Source of the DNA: an uncultured Thermotogaceae bacterium
GTDB lineage: Bacteria; Thermotogota; Thermotogae; MWEM01
Direction of reading: 5' to 3'
NCBI GenBank assembly: GCA_964566085.1
Contig: CAZMHO010000001.1
Location: forward strand, 3,887-67,886
DNA: 64,000 nucleotides
Translations under genes and position numbers: made by a program
Shown: one piece after another, positions 17,674 to 26,798 of the stretch
Position numbering within the stretch: position 1 is the first letter of the stretch
Layout: every line of letters starts with the position of its first letter
The notes under the pieces: model-generated
What the model saw: only the letters and a program-made list of their open reading frames with translations
What the model was told of the DNA's origin: nothing
Database searches by the model: none

Positions 17674-19401
17674 ATGAATATGATCGGAGCTTTGTACAGC
17701 GGATTAAGCGGACTGCTCAACTTTCAGAAAGCGATAGACGTAACCAGCAATAATTCCGCCAACGTCGATACGATTGCTTACAAATACTCGCGGGTGACGT
17801 TCAAAACCGCGATCGAGTATATGTTAACAGGTTCTTCCAGCGCGAAAATCGGGACGGGTACCATGCTGAATACGATCGACCGGAACATGGCGCAGGGCCC
17901 GATCGAAAACACGGGACGATACAGCGATTTGGCGATTGCAGGGAGCGGCTTCTTCGCAGCGGCGGATTTTCGGAGGAATACTATCGGCGATCTCGTAAAG
18001 ATGAACAGCTACCTCACACGGGTGGGCAAGTTCGAAGTGCTTTCGAATCTCAACCTCGTCCAGGGAGACGTAGGGTTGCACATCTTGGGTATTCCTTCAA
18101 CAATCGTTAACGGAGATATTACGAAAGGTTCGATTCCCGATCCTGAAACGATGATTGGGATGAGTCCGGAAGAAAAAGCCGCATTCTTCGACAGCCTGGA
18201 GCTCATTGACCTGACCGATTTCAGATCGATGAGCGGAAAAGCGACCAGCGCATTCGAAATCTTCGGAACAATAGCGACGGAAGTAGGCCCCCAACCGCAC
18301 GTGTTTGAACTCTCATCAGCCGCCGATCCGCGTATCACCTATAAAGTGAGGATGACCTTCGATCGTCTGGCGGATGATCTATCCACGGTATTCGGAGATG
18401 AAAAGGCTTTCCATTGGCGCTTGGAAGTGATCGAATGGTCGCAAGGTGGGAACGAGCGGCCGCCAATCACGGGTGACAATGGTACGATCGCCTTCAATAA
18501 AGCCGGCAACATCTCTCTCTTGAACGGCGGAGCCGGAGAGATTCTATCCTTCGACATCAGCGGAGAGACCTTCAAGTTTTCTAAAGCCGAATTACTCAAT
18601 GCGGTTAACTATAAAGACCCGTCCGCACAAGTCGTCGATACCTTCTACAACGGTTCTGGAGAGGTTGTCAAAGACGGAATCATCTTCGAAAAACTTTCGC
18701 GAGGGACCTGGCTCTTTCGTCCGGCGCAAAGCGACGCGAAGATAGCGGCGACTTCCTTCATCGGTGAAAGCGGCGCGGAGTACGCTTTTGAAGATGAAGA
18801 ACTGAACCTGTTGGGGGGCATCCTCAAGTTCGACGAAAACGGCAGATATGAAAGCCTTTCGCTGATGAGATCGGACGGGACTCTGATTCCGGATGTTCCG
18901 AAGCAGATACAGTGGTCGCTTTTGGACGGAACCCAGCAGTCGATGACGATCAACTTCCGCAATATTCTATCTGGCGGCGGCGTCCAAAACGATCTGCAGC
19001 TTCTCCAAGACGGCGGGCGGGCTACCGGGAGTCTCCGGGGCTTGGAGTTCGACAACTCGGGATATCTCATCGGCTCCTACTCGAATCAAAAAACCGCAAC
19101 CTTAGCGGTTCTCCCGCTTATTCAGATGCGCGTGCCGGAAGCCCTATCCGTTTCGAATCTTTACAGCACGGCTTATAATTTCGATCCTGGTATCCAAGCG
19201 AACAACTTCACAGGCGTCTTTGAAGCGGGAAACGGCGGAACCGGTCTTATCGAACCTTACTCTCTGGAGTATTCAAATGTGGAGACCGCGAAAGAGATGA
19301 CCCGCCTGATTATTTATCAAAGGGCGCTACAACTCAATGCCCGTTCGGTTACGACAGCGGATGCGATCTTGCAGCAAGCCTATGAACTCAAACGCTCTTA
19401 A
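17674..19401 (+). CDS. Flagellar hook-family protein (FlgE-like, 575 aa)
   Basis: N-terminal ALYSGLSGLLNFQKAIDVTSNNSANVDT and C-terminal NVETAKEMTRLIIYQRALQLNARSVTTADAILQ flagellar hook/rod termini, with a long central domain. FlgE versus FlgK cannot be settled by eye. Confidence 0.6.
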   Translation: MNMIGALYSGLSGLLNFQKAIDVTSNNSANVDTIAYKYSRVTFKTAIEYMLTGSSSAKIGTGTMLNTIDRNMAQGPIENTGRYSDLAIAGSGFFAAADFRRNTIGDLVKMNSYLTRVGKFEVLSNLNLVQGDVGLHILGIPSTIVNGDITKGSIPDPETMIGMSPEEKAAFFDSLELIDLTDFRSMSGKATSAFEIFGTIATEVGPQPHVFELSSAADPRITYKVRMTFDRLADDLSTVFGDEKAFHWRLEVIEWSQGGNERPPITGDNGTIAFNKAGNISLLNGGAGEILSFDISGETFKFSKAELLNAVNYKDPSAQVVDTFYNGSGEVVKDGIIFEKLSRGTWLFRPAQSDAKIAATSFIGESGAEYAFEDEELNLLGGILKFDENGRYESLSLMRSDGTLIPDVPKQIQWSLLDGTQQSMTINFRNILSGGGVQNDLQLLQDGGRATGSLRGLEFDNSGYLIGSYSNQKTATLAVLPLIQMRVPEALSVSNLYSTAYNFDPGIQANNFTGVFEAGNGGTGLIEPYSLEYSNVETAKEMTRLIIYQRALQLNARSVTTADAILQQAYELKRS

Positions 19402-19423
19402 GGATAATCAAAGCGCATTCCGT

Positions 19424-19455
19424 ATAAAAAAACGCCCGAAAGGGCGTTTTTTTTT
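19424..19455. terminator. Bidirectional intrinsic terminator
   Basis: A7-AACGCCC-GAAA-GGGCGTT-T9 serves the flagellar operon (+) and tRNA-Ser (-). Confidence 0.7.
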
Positions 19456-19543
19456 GGCGGAGAGAGTGGGATTTGAACCCACGTACGGGGTTAGCGTAAC
19501 ACACTCTCCAGGCGTGCGCCTTAGACCGCTCGGCCATCTCTCC
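19455..19543 (-). tRNA. tRNA-Ser (anticodon GGA), CCA encoded
   Basis: Minus-strand GGAGAGATGGCCGAGCGGTCTAAGGCGCACGCCTGGAGAGTGTG…GTGGGTTCAAATCCCACTCTCTCCGCCA. Anticodon loop CT-GGA-GA, long variable arm, T-arm GGTTCAAATCC. Confidence 0.85.
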
Positions 19544-19554
19544 GATGCGCGTGA

Positions 19555-19563
19555 ATTATAACA
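19555..19563 (-). promoter_or_regulatory. Extended -10 promoter (TGTTATAAT) for tRNA-Ser
   Basis: The minus-strand reading of plus-strand ATTATAACA lies just upstream (minus-strand sense) of the tRNA 5' end. Confidence 0.45.
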
Positions 19564-19802
19564 CATCTCCTTCTTCCGGTCAAGCGGAAGACCCTCGCGG
19601 CGGTGTCGGATTTCCTATCGTTATTGTAGGTATCCTCAGTCATTCTGGCGAACTGTATGAAAGTCAGTATCGGCCGATTTACGGCGAACTTTCCTCTCCC
19701 TTTCGCATGTCGTTTTCTTTAAAAACAACCCAAGCCCGTCGCAACAAATGACGCGTTTAGTGGTATGATATTTGTAGATCGACCGTCGCACGAGGAGGGA
19801 AT

Positions 19803-20256
19803 ATGAACAAGAATGAAGCCTTTGAGCCGTAAACCAAATACCGGAAAAAGAAGATAGGATTGGCGATATCGGCTCGCTTATTCACTGGGATATGGAAGTG
19901 AAGAAGCCGGAAAAAGGGATAGCAAATCGCGCGGAATCAAACCCCCCGATCGGTATGGAGTCAAATCGCGAGCAGACGTCTCCAGATACCGCCGAGGCGA
20001 TCGCGGCCTTAATGACTCCTGAGATCTACGTGACCCTATCTTCTCCCGAACAACGAATGATCGATCTTTACTCGCACGAAACGTTCAAAAAAAATTGATA
20101 CCGCTAGATTTGTTTAAGAGTTTCGTACAAATGACGAGTCTGGCTCAAAAATCCTGGGAACGAGCGAAGACCGCCTCCGATTTTTCGATCTTCCAACCGG
20201 ACCTTGAGGAGTTAAAGGACAAATATACGGAGATCAACGCATTGTAGGCCTCGCCG
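19803..20256 (+). pseudogene. Degraded N-terminal remnant of an M32 (Taq-type) carboxypeptidase
   Basis: Three short ORF pieces in different frames (MNKNEAFEP*, …SLIHWDMEVKKPEKGIANRAE…, …SLAQKSWERAKTASDFSIFQPDLEELKDKYTEINAL*). They resemble the start of Thermus carboxypeptidase Taq (…AWDQRTMIPKKGHEHRA… / …ESFWEEARPRDDW…). The remaining ~350 codons of the family are absent. Confidence 0.45.
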
Positions 20257-20344
20257 CCTGATGTGTCGGCGGTGTCTGCGGGTCTACGTCCGTCTTTACC
20301 GGGCGATCGATCGACGAGATCGCCCGTTTCTGTGAGGTGAAACG

Positions 20345-21733
20345 GTGGCGGAATCAATCATTGATTTGACACGAACCTTGGCGATTGTTATGGTCGCGGC
20401 ATATGGCGTTTTTCATACGGGGATATCGGCGGCGATCTTCAATGGGAAGGCTTCGCTCAAGTACCGGGTTATCTATATCCTCATATTCGGCCTTTTCTCG
20501 ATTTACGGAACGATCGGAGGCGTCAGGATCGGAGACGCGTACAGCAACGTACGCGATCTGGGGCCTTTGATCGCTGGGCTTCTGGCGGGTCCCGTCGTCG
20601 GTTTAGGCGCCGGATTGATAGGCGGGATACATCGGTTGTCTCTCGGCGGTTTCACCGCCTTGCCATGTGGGCTTTCGACGGTTGTCGCGGGTCTTTTAGG
20701 CGGGGTGGTCTTTCTGGCGATGAAGAAGCGGTTTTTACCGGTCCTCCCGGCGGTGTTTCTGGCTGCCGCAATGGAACTGATCCATATGGGGATTACGCTT
20801 CTTGTGGCGAAGCCCTTCGAAAAGGCTCTCGAACTGGTTTCGATCGTCATTATCCCGATGGTGCTGACAAACGCGTTAGGGATCGGTATTTTCGGATTCA
20901 TCTTCTTTAACCTGAAAAAAGAACGGGATAATCTGGCGAATCGGGAACGGTTGGCCGGAGAACTGGAGATCGCGCGGCACATCCAGATGAGTATGATTCC
21001 AGAAACCTTGCCCTCGCGACCGGGCGACCATGCGCGGAACATCGACGCGTTCGCCTTAATCCACCCGGCTCTGGAAGTTGGAGGAGACGTCTACGACTGG
21101 CTATACCTCGACGAAGACAGGTTCGCGTTCTTAATCGGGGACGCCGCGGGTAAAGGGATTCCGGCTTCATTATTCATGGCCGTCGCCCGGACATTGATCC
21201 GCAGTCACTGTAAAATCGGAAAAACGACCGGAGAGATACTGGCGGGCGTGAATGACGAGTTATGCCGAGACAACGAGATGGCGATGTTCATCACGCTGTT
21301 CATGGGGGTGTTGCATATCCCGAGCGGAGAGTTGACCTACACAAACGCGGGGCATCCTTCTCCCTACATCGTATCGGCAACCGGGAATGTGCAATCGCTT
21401 CCAACGGCGAAATCGCCCGCGTTAGGGGTCATCCAAAACATCGTGTACGGAACCTCTTCGTTCCGTTTGGAACCCGGCGACGTTTTATTCGCTTACACGG
21501 ACGGGGTAACCGAAGCGACTGACAAACGAGCGGATTTCTATACGCCTGGCCGGTTGGAAGGCGCCTTGCGCGCCATGCCACGCTCGACGGGCTTATCCAC
21601 GAAAGCCCTTTGCCACCACGTATTAGCGGATTTGCGAACGTTTGTCGGCGAAGCCTCTCAAGCGGACGATATCACGATGATCGCCGTCGCGGGGCCGGAT
21701 GCCTCAGAGGCCGAATCGGCTTTCAGCGCGTAA
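20345..21733 (+). CDS. Membrane-bound PP2C-type Ser/Thr phosphatase (5TMR-LYT sensor plus SpoIIE/RsbU-like domain)
   Basis: A Gly-rich N-terminal multi-TM domain, then GDVYDW…FLIGDAAGKGIPASLFMA…YTDGVTEA (PP2C/SpoIIE metal-binding motifs). Confidence 0.7.
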   Translation: MAESIIDLTRTLAIVMVAAYGVFHTGISAAIFNGKASLKYRVIYILIFGLFSIYGTIGGVRIGDAYSNVRDLGPLIAGLLAGPVVGLGAGLIGGIHRLSLGGFTALPCGLSTVVAGLLGGVVFLAMKKRFLPVLPAVFLAAAMELIHMGITLLVAKPFEKALELVSIVIIPMVLTNALGIGIFGFIFFNLKKERDNLANRERLAGELEIARHIQMSMIPETLPSRPGDHARNIDAFALIHPALEVGGDVYDWLYLDEDRFAFLIGDAAGKGIPASLFMAVARTLIRSHCKIGKTTGEILAGVNDELCRDNEMAMFITLFMGVLHIPSGELTYTNAGHPSPYIVSATGNVQSLPTAKSPALGVIQNIVYGTSSFRLEPGDVLFAYTDGVTEATDKRADFYTPGRLEGALRAMPRSTGLSTKALCHHVLADLRTFVGEASQADDITMIAVAGPDASEAESAFSA

Positions 21734-21736
21734 GAA

Positions 21737-23389
21737 CTAAAACAATCCGGTGATTTCCCCGCTGTTGTCTACGTCAATCTTCATCGCCGACGGTTGGGCG
21801 GGCAATCCCGGCATCACCATAATATCCCCCGCATAGACGACGATAAAGCCGGCGCCTGTCGATAAAGAAAGGTCCTTTACCGTAAACTCGTAACCGGAAG
21901 GCGCGTTCAGCTTTTCCGGGTCATCAGAGATCGAGTATTGGGTTTTCGCGATGAGAATCGGCAAAGACTCGAACTCTTTCGAGTAGAGCCGAATCTTTTT
22001 CTCGGCGTCCAGGGTATAGTTGATTTTTCCGGCATGATAGATTTCTTTTGCGACTCGTTCTATCTTTGTTTTGATCGGTTCATTCCAATAGTAGATGCGT
22101 TGAGGATTCGGCGATTTTTCACATTGCGCGATAACGGTTTGGGCCAACATCAAACCGCCCTCCGCTCCCTTCTCATACACCTCGCTCAATGCGATTTCCG
22201 CGCCCGTTTTGGCGCATTCTTCTAAGACCCAGTCGATCTCGCTGGGATAGTCCTTGTAAAAACGGTTCAACGCGATGACTACTGGCACGCGGAACTTTTG
22301 TAGATTTGAGAGGTGGGCTTTTAAGTTCTCGATCCCTTTTTTGACGGCGGGCAAGTCTTCCTGGTCCAACTCCTTTTTCGAAGCGCCGCCGTGAAGCTTC
22401 AACGCTCTCGTCGACGCCACCAGGACGACGGCGTCCGGCCAATAGTCCCCGACCTTCGTTACGAAGTCCAGGAACTTTTCCCCGCCTAAGTCGGCGGCGA
22501 ACCCGGATTCTACGATCGCGTAGTCTCCGAAATTGAGCGAAATGTTGGTCGCCACGATACTGTTGGTTCCGTGCGCGATATTGGCGAACGGCCCCCCGTG
22601 GATGATCGCAGGCGATCCGTCTGTTGTTTGGACGAGATTGGGATTAAGGGCGTGTTTCAATAATGCCGTCATCGCTCCTTGCGCCGACAGGTCTTTCGCT
22701 TGCACGTAACGCTTGGCTTTACTTCTGCCGATGGTGATATTCCCCAGCCGTTCTTTCAGGTCCTGGAGGTTTTTGGACAAGCAGAGAATAGCCATCACTT
22801 CCGAAGCGGCCGTGATCCGGAAGGAATCTTCTCTCGGTATGCCGTTTCCGGAACCGCCAAGTCCTACGATGATCTCCCGAAGAGACCGGTCGTTCATATC
22901 CATGACTCTGGGCCAGTAGATGGAACCCGGAAGCAGTTCCGGTTCTGTATCGAAGTGAATATGCGCATCGATCATCGCTGAAAGCAAATTATGGGCCGTC
23001 GTCACCGCGTGGATATCGCCTGTGAAGTGGAGGTTGATCTCATCCATCGGCAAAACTTGAGAGGCCCCCCCGCCCGTTGCGCCGCCTTTTACGCCAAATA
23101 CCGGGCCTAAGGATGGCTCGCGCAGCGTTACGATCGCGTTTTTTCCGAGCCGGTTCATGGCCTGTCCGAGTCCGATAACCGTTGTCGTCTTACCTTCTCC
23201 TGCAGCGGTCGGGGTGATCGCGGTCACCAGAACAAGCTTTCCTCTTTTAGCTGGGCGTTTTTCAGAAAGGGTATACGGGATTTTCGCGATCGTATCGCCG
23301 TAAAAGTAGCACGGTTCCTGTATGCCGATCCGCTCGATAATTGTCCGGATGGGGTATCGAGGCTTAGGATTTCGATTCTCGATCATCAC
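21737..23389 (-). CDS. fhs: Formate--tetrahydrofolate ligase
   Basis: PTAAGEGKTTTVIGL P-loop and the FTHFS family signature throughout. Convergent with the PP2C gene across a 3-nt gap. Confidence 0.9.
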   Translation of the reverse strand: MMIENRNPKPRYPIRTIIERIGIQEPCYFYGDTIAKIPYTLSEKRPAKRGKLVLVTAITPTAAGEGKTTTVIGLGQAMNRLGKNAIVTLREPSLGPVFGVKGGATGGGASQVLPMDEINLHFTGDIHAVTTAHNLLSAMIDAHIHFDTEPELLPGSIYWPRVMDMNDRSLREIIVGLGGSGNGIPREDSFRITAASEVMAILCLSKNLQDLKERLGNITIGRSKAKRYVQAKDLSAQGAMTALLKHALNPNLVQTTDGSPAIIHGGPFANIAHGTNSIVATNISLNFGDYAIVESGFAADLGGEKFLDFVTKVGDYWPDAVVLVASTRALKLHGGASKKELDQEDLPAVKKGIENLKAHLSNLQKFRVPVVIALNRFYKDYPSEIDWVLEECAKTGAEIALSEVYEKGAEGGLMLAQTVIAQCEKSPNPQRIYYWNEPIKTKIERVAKEIYHAGKINYTLDAEKKIRLYSKEFESLPILIAKTQYSISDDPEKLNAPSGYEFTVKDLSLSTGAGFIVVYAGDIMVMPGLPAQPSAMKIDVDNSGEITGLF

Positions 23390-23451
23390 TTTTCCCTCCT
23401 AAAACAAAAAGAAATTGCTCGAGTATAGCACAAAAATCACGCTTATCTTCT

Positions 23452-24150
23452 TTATGCCTTTCTCAAAGCGGTCTTTCCAGCCTCTTCCGAATAGATGCCC
23501 TTTTCTAGCTTGATGATCTCCAACGCGGCTAAAAAGGTTACGATGAGGTCGATACGGTCTTCGGCTTCCGTAAAAAGATCCTCTAGCCAAAGCGTCTGTC
23601 CTTCTGAAAGCCAGATAAGAAATTGCTCAACGCGTTTGGAAAGGGAGTATTTTTCTCCTTTCACGCGATAGACTTTTTCTCGTAGTTTGAGTTCTTGGTA
23701 TGCTTGTTTGAAGACATCGTACAATCGATTGGGGATATCCCGGTTCAGCAAGCGCTGCGCGTTCTCTTTTTTTGCCCTCGTGGGGAAGGTTTTCGCCGCT
23801 TCTTCCTCTTTCCTCTCCAGAAAGGCCGTGAAATCCTTCAGGCGTTCGTACTCCTCGATCTGATGGACCAATTGCTTGCGCGCGGTTTCCGCTTCCTCCG
23901 CCCTTCCTTCGTCTTGGGCCAATAATGTTTTCGATTTCAATTCCATCAGCGAGGAAGCCATCACAAGAAAATCCGACGTGACCGAAAAATCCATTCTTTT
24001 AAGCGAATCCAGGTAGGTGATGAAATCGTCCGCGATGACGGCGATCTGGATATCGCGGATATTCATCTCCCGCTTTTTGACGAGAAACAGAAGGAGATCC
24101 AAAGAGCCTTCAAACTTCGGGAGTTTAAACGTGAATTCTTCCGGGCACAT
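23452..24150 (-). CDS. scpA: Segregation and condensation protein A
   Basis: FEGSLDLLLFLVKKREMNIRDIQIAVIADDFITYL and a C-terminal winged helix. Confidence 0.8.
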   Translation of the reverse strand: MCPEEFTFKLPKFEGSLDLLLFLVKKREMNIRDIQIAVIADDFITYLDSLKRMDFSVTSDFLVMASSLMELKSKTLLAQDEGRAEEAETARKQLVHQIEEYERLKDFTAFLERKEEEAAKTFPTRAKKENAQRLLNRDIPNRLYDVFKQAYQELKLREKVYRVKGEKYSLSKRVEQFLIWLSEGQTLWLEDLFTEAEDRIDLIVTFLAALEIIKLEKGIYSEEAGKTALRKA

Positions 24151-24167
24151 CGGAGGTTCAGGCTATT

Positions 24168-25160
24168 CTAAAAAAGAAGATTGACGGCCGATCGAACCTT
24201 TTCCATAGTCGACTGGGCAATCCGGCGCGCCTTGTCGTTTCCGTCGAAGATGATTTGTTCGACGTAGCCGGGGCTTTGGTCGATCAGACGGATTTTCTCC
24301 CATACCGGTGCGAAAATCGTAACCATATTCTTGATCAAGAGGCGTTTGCATTCGACACACCCGATCTTGGCATGCGTGCATCCGTCGGTAATCATCGCTT
24401 TTTGTTCTTCCGACGCTCCGAAAGCTTCATGATAATCCCATACTGGGCACACTTCAGGATTGCCCGGGTCCGTTTTGCGTTTTCGGGCGGGATCGGTGAT
24501 CATCGGCAAGATCTGTTCGGAAAGTTGCTTCTCGTTGTTGTCGATGAGGATGATATTGCCATAACTTTTGGACATCTTGCGCCCGTCGCTTCCAAGCAAC
24601 TTCGGAAACTTCGAAAGCAACGATTGCGGTTCCGGAAAAAGCTCACAGCTGTAGATATAGTTGAATCGGCGCGCGATTTCTCTGGTCAGTTCGACGTGAC
24701 TCAACTGATCCTCCCCCACCGGCACACCGCCGGCCAGATACATCAAGATATCCGCGGCTTGCAGGACCGGATATAAGAGAAACCCGGAAGTATTGATGTC
24801 CGTCGCTCCTTGAAGTTGCTCCCGCATCTCTTTATGGGTGGGGATTCTCTCCAAGCGCGGAACGGAAGTGATCATCGATAAAATGAGACAGAGTTCCGCG
24901 TGTTCTTTGACCGCGGATTGAACGAAGAGGATAGATTTTTCCGGATCCAACCCTACGGCTACGAAGATTTTTATGAGCTCTTTCGACAGTTGCGCCAGTT
25001 CGCCCGTTTTGTCGTAAGCGGTTGTGAGGACGTGCCAGTCCGCGACAAAAAAGCACGTCTCATGTCCTTCGTTCTGTAGTTTTACCCAGTTTTGCAGCGC
25101 TCCGACGTAGTTTCCGATATGCAGATGACCCGTCGGCCTACTGCCGCTTAGTATTCTCAT
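24168..25160 (-). CDS. trpS: Tryptophan--tRNA ligase
   Basis: The class I HIGH motif (TGHLHIGN) and KMSKS, with TrpS-specific GALQNW. Confidence 0.9.
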   Translation of the reverse strand: MRILSGSRPTGHLHIGNYVGALQNWVKLQNEGHETCFFVADWHVLTTAYDKTGELAQLSKELIKIFVAVGLDPEKSILFVQSAVKEHAELCLILSMITSVPRLERIPTHKEMREQLQGATDINTSGFLLYPVLQAADILMYLAGGVPVGEDQLSHVELTREIARRFNYIYSCELFPEPQSLLSKFPKLLGSDGRKMSKSYGNIILIDNNEKQLSEQILPMITDPARKRKTDPGNPEVCPVWDYHEAFGASEEQKAMITDGCTHAKIGCVECKRLLIKNMVTIFAPVWEKIRLIDQSPGYVEQIIFDGNDKARRIAQSTMEKVRSAVNLLF

Positions 25161-25340
25161 ACTTTCCCCCTTCTTCCATGTTTATCTGCCCTGATTCTAC
25201 CATACCAAAGGCTATTGAAGATACCTTGACGCCAAGTTTCTTCTCGGTATCGCGGGTTTATCTGTTGAAGGCGGCTTCTGCGTCAAAAGGAATATTGCCC
25301 GCTTATCACGATTCAACCGACTACCCTTCACTTTCCCGGG

Positions 25341-25368
25341 TTGCAATTCGCTCGATTTATGTTATAAT
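25341..25368 (+). promoter_or_regulatory. Sigma-A-type promoter of the rpsF-ssb-rpsR operon (TTGCAA-16-TGTTATAAT)
   Basis: -35 TTGCAA, a 16-nt spacer, then the extended -10 TGTTATAAT. Confidence 0.55.
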
Positions 25369-25372
25369 CCGC

Positions 25373-25436
25373 GAATGGAAGGAATTTCCTTCCAATACAT
25401 CCTGTCTCGTTCGAGAAACGAGACCATTTTTTATGC
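25373..25436 (+). promoter_or_regulatory. Structured rpsF 5' leader (two hairpins, the second followed by a U-tract); candidate S6:S18 autoregulatory element
   Basis: Palindrome GGAAGGAATTTCCTTCC, then GTCTCGTT-CGAGAA-ACGAGAC + CATTTTTTAT immediately before the RBS AGGAGG. Confidence 0.4.
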
Positions 25437-25451
25437 CCGTAGGAGGTTAAC

Positions 25452-25889
25452 GTGAGAATTTACGAAATTATGTTCATCGCCGATCCCCGAGTCGATGAAG
25501 AAGGCCGCGAAGCGTTAGTGGAGAAGGTCAAGAAGGTCATTACCGAAAAAGCGGCCGGTACGATCGAAAAAGTGGATCGATGGGGAATCCGAAAACTGGC
25601 TTACAAGTTACCCAGAACGAAACTCACAGAAGGAGATTACACCGTCGTTTTATTCCGCTCAATCGGAGAGCAGCTGAAGGACATCGATGTGCTGTTCCAA
25701 GTCACCCCCGAATTGATCCGAAAGCAAATCGTGCGTCGGGAAGATTTAGAAAAGAAAGAACGGAAAGAATGGCTCAAAACGAGGGACAACCCGGTTGAAG
25801 AGATGAGTGTCACCGATGATCCCTCTTCCGGTATGAAGGAAGAGACCGTCGAACCCGTGTTCGAAGTGCAGGGCGAAGCGCAGTCATGA
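25452..25889 (+). CDS. rpsF: 30S ribosomal protein S6 (acidic C-terminal extension)
   Basis: MRIYEIMFIADPRV...WGIRKLAY; GTG start. Confidence 0.9.
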   Translation: MRIYEIMFIADPRVDEEGREALVEKVKKVITEKAAGTIEKVDRWGIRKLAYKLPRTKLTEGDYTVVLFRSIGEQLKDIDVLFQVTPELIRKQIVRREDLEKKERKEWLKTRDNPVEEMSVTDDPSSGMKEETVEPVFEVQGEAQS

Positions 25890-26371
25890 GTATCAGCTAC
25901 AACCGGGTAGTGCTCGTCGGAAGATTGACGCGTGATCCGGAAAGCAAGTACACCACATCGGGCTCTCACATCGCGAAGTTTTCGATCGCGGTTGATCGTA
26001 TACCGACTGCATCCCAAGCGGAACCGGGAACGGACTTTATCCCCATAACGGCATTTGGAAAAACGGCTGATTTCGCGGCGAATTACTTGTCCAAAGGACG
26101 CTTGATCCTCGTTGAAGGCCGTCTACACATCAACAAATACCAAGGCCAGGATGGCACAAACAAGACGTTTACCGATGTGATCGCGGATACGATCCGTTTT
26201 ATGGAAACGAAAGGGACTTCTCAGAAGGACTCTTATCGGCAATCCCGACCGGAAGAGCCAGCGGAGGGCGATATCCCTCCCAATCCGATGAACAACGAGT
26301 TTAGCGAAACGACGCTCACGCCTTCCGAAAGCGAAGACGCTGTGAGCAACGACGATGAAATACCATTCTAA
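25886..26371 (+). CDS. ssb: Single-stranded DNA-binding protein
   Basis: [16 protein letters not shown]-fold and the acidic C-terminal tip DDEIPF. Confidence 0.9.
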   Translation: MSISYNRVVLVGRLTRDPESKYTTSGSHIAKFSIAVDRIPTASQAEPGTDFIPITAFGKTADFAANYLSKGRLILVEGRLHINKYQGQDGTNKTFTDVIADTIRFMETKGTSQKDSYRQSRPEEPAEGDIPPNPMNNEFSETTLTPSESEDAVSNDDEIPF

Positions 26372-26385
26372 AGGAGGAATACGTA

Positions 26386-26658
26386 ATGGGTAAGGTAACC
26401 AGAGGCGGTTCTAGAAATAGTTCCGACATGAAAAATAAGAAATTCAGAAGAAGGAAAGTGAAGAAGTGTCAACTGTGTGTCAAAAAAATCGATTTTGTCG
26501 ATTATAAGGATGTCAATTTTTTAAAAGAATATATGAACGATAAAGGAAAGATTCTTCCGAAGAGAATCAACGGGAATTGCGCCAAACATCAGCGTTTTGT
26601 TAAAGATGCCATCAAACGCGCCCGTCAAATGGCTTTAGTTCCGTTCACGAAAGACTGA
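26386..26658 (+). CDS. rpsR: 30S ribosomal protein S18
   Basis: [36 protein letters not shown]…ALVPF. Confidence 0.9.
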   Translation: MGKVTRGGSRNSSDMKNKKFRRRKVKKCQLCVKKIDFVDYKDVNFLKEYMNDKGKILPKRINGNCAKHQRFVKDAIKRARQMALVPFTKD

Positions 26659-26743
26659 AATGATTTTCCGAACTTTCGCACGCTGACACCGCGCGCGGTA
26701 TAGAGAATAACTGAATATTAGGGTAGAGAGAGAGAGCGCCCGA

Positions 26744-26795
26744 GGAACATTCCACGAATCTGATTCGGGGATGTCCGGGGCGCTTTTTAATTGGA
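26744..26795 (+). terminator. Intrinsic terminator of the rpsR operon
   Basis: AGCGCCCG…CGGGGCGCT followed by TTTTT. Confidence 0.45.
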
Positions 26796-26798
26796 GGA

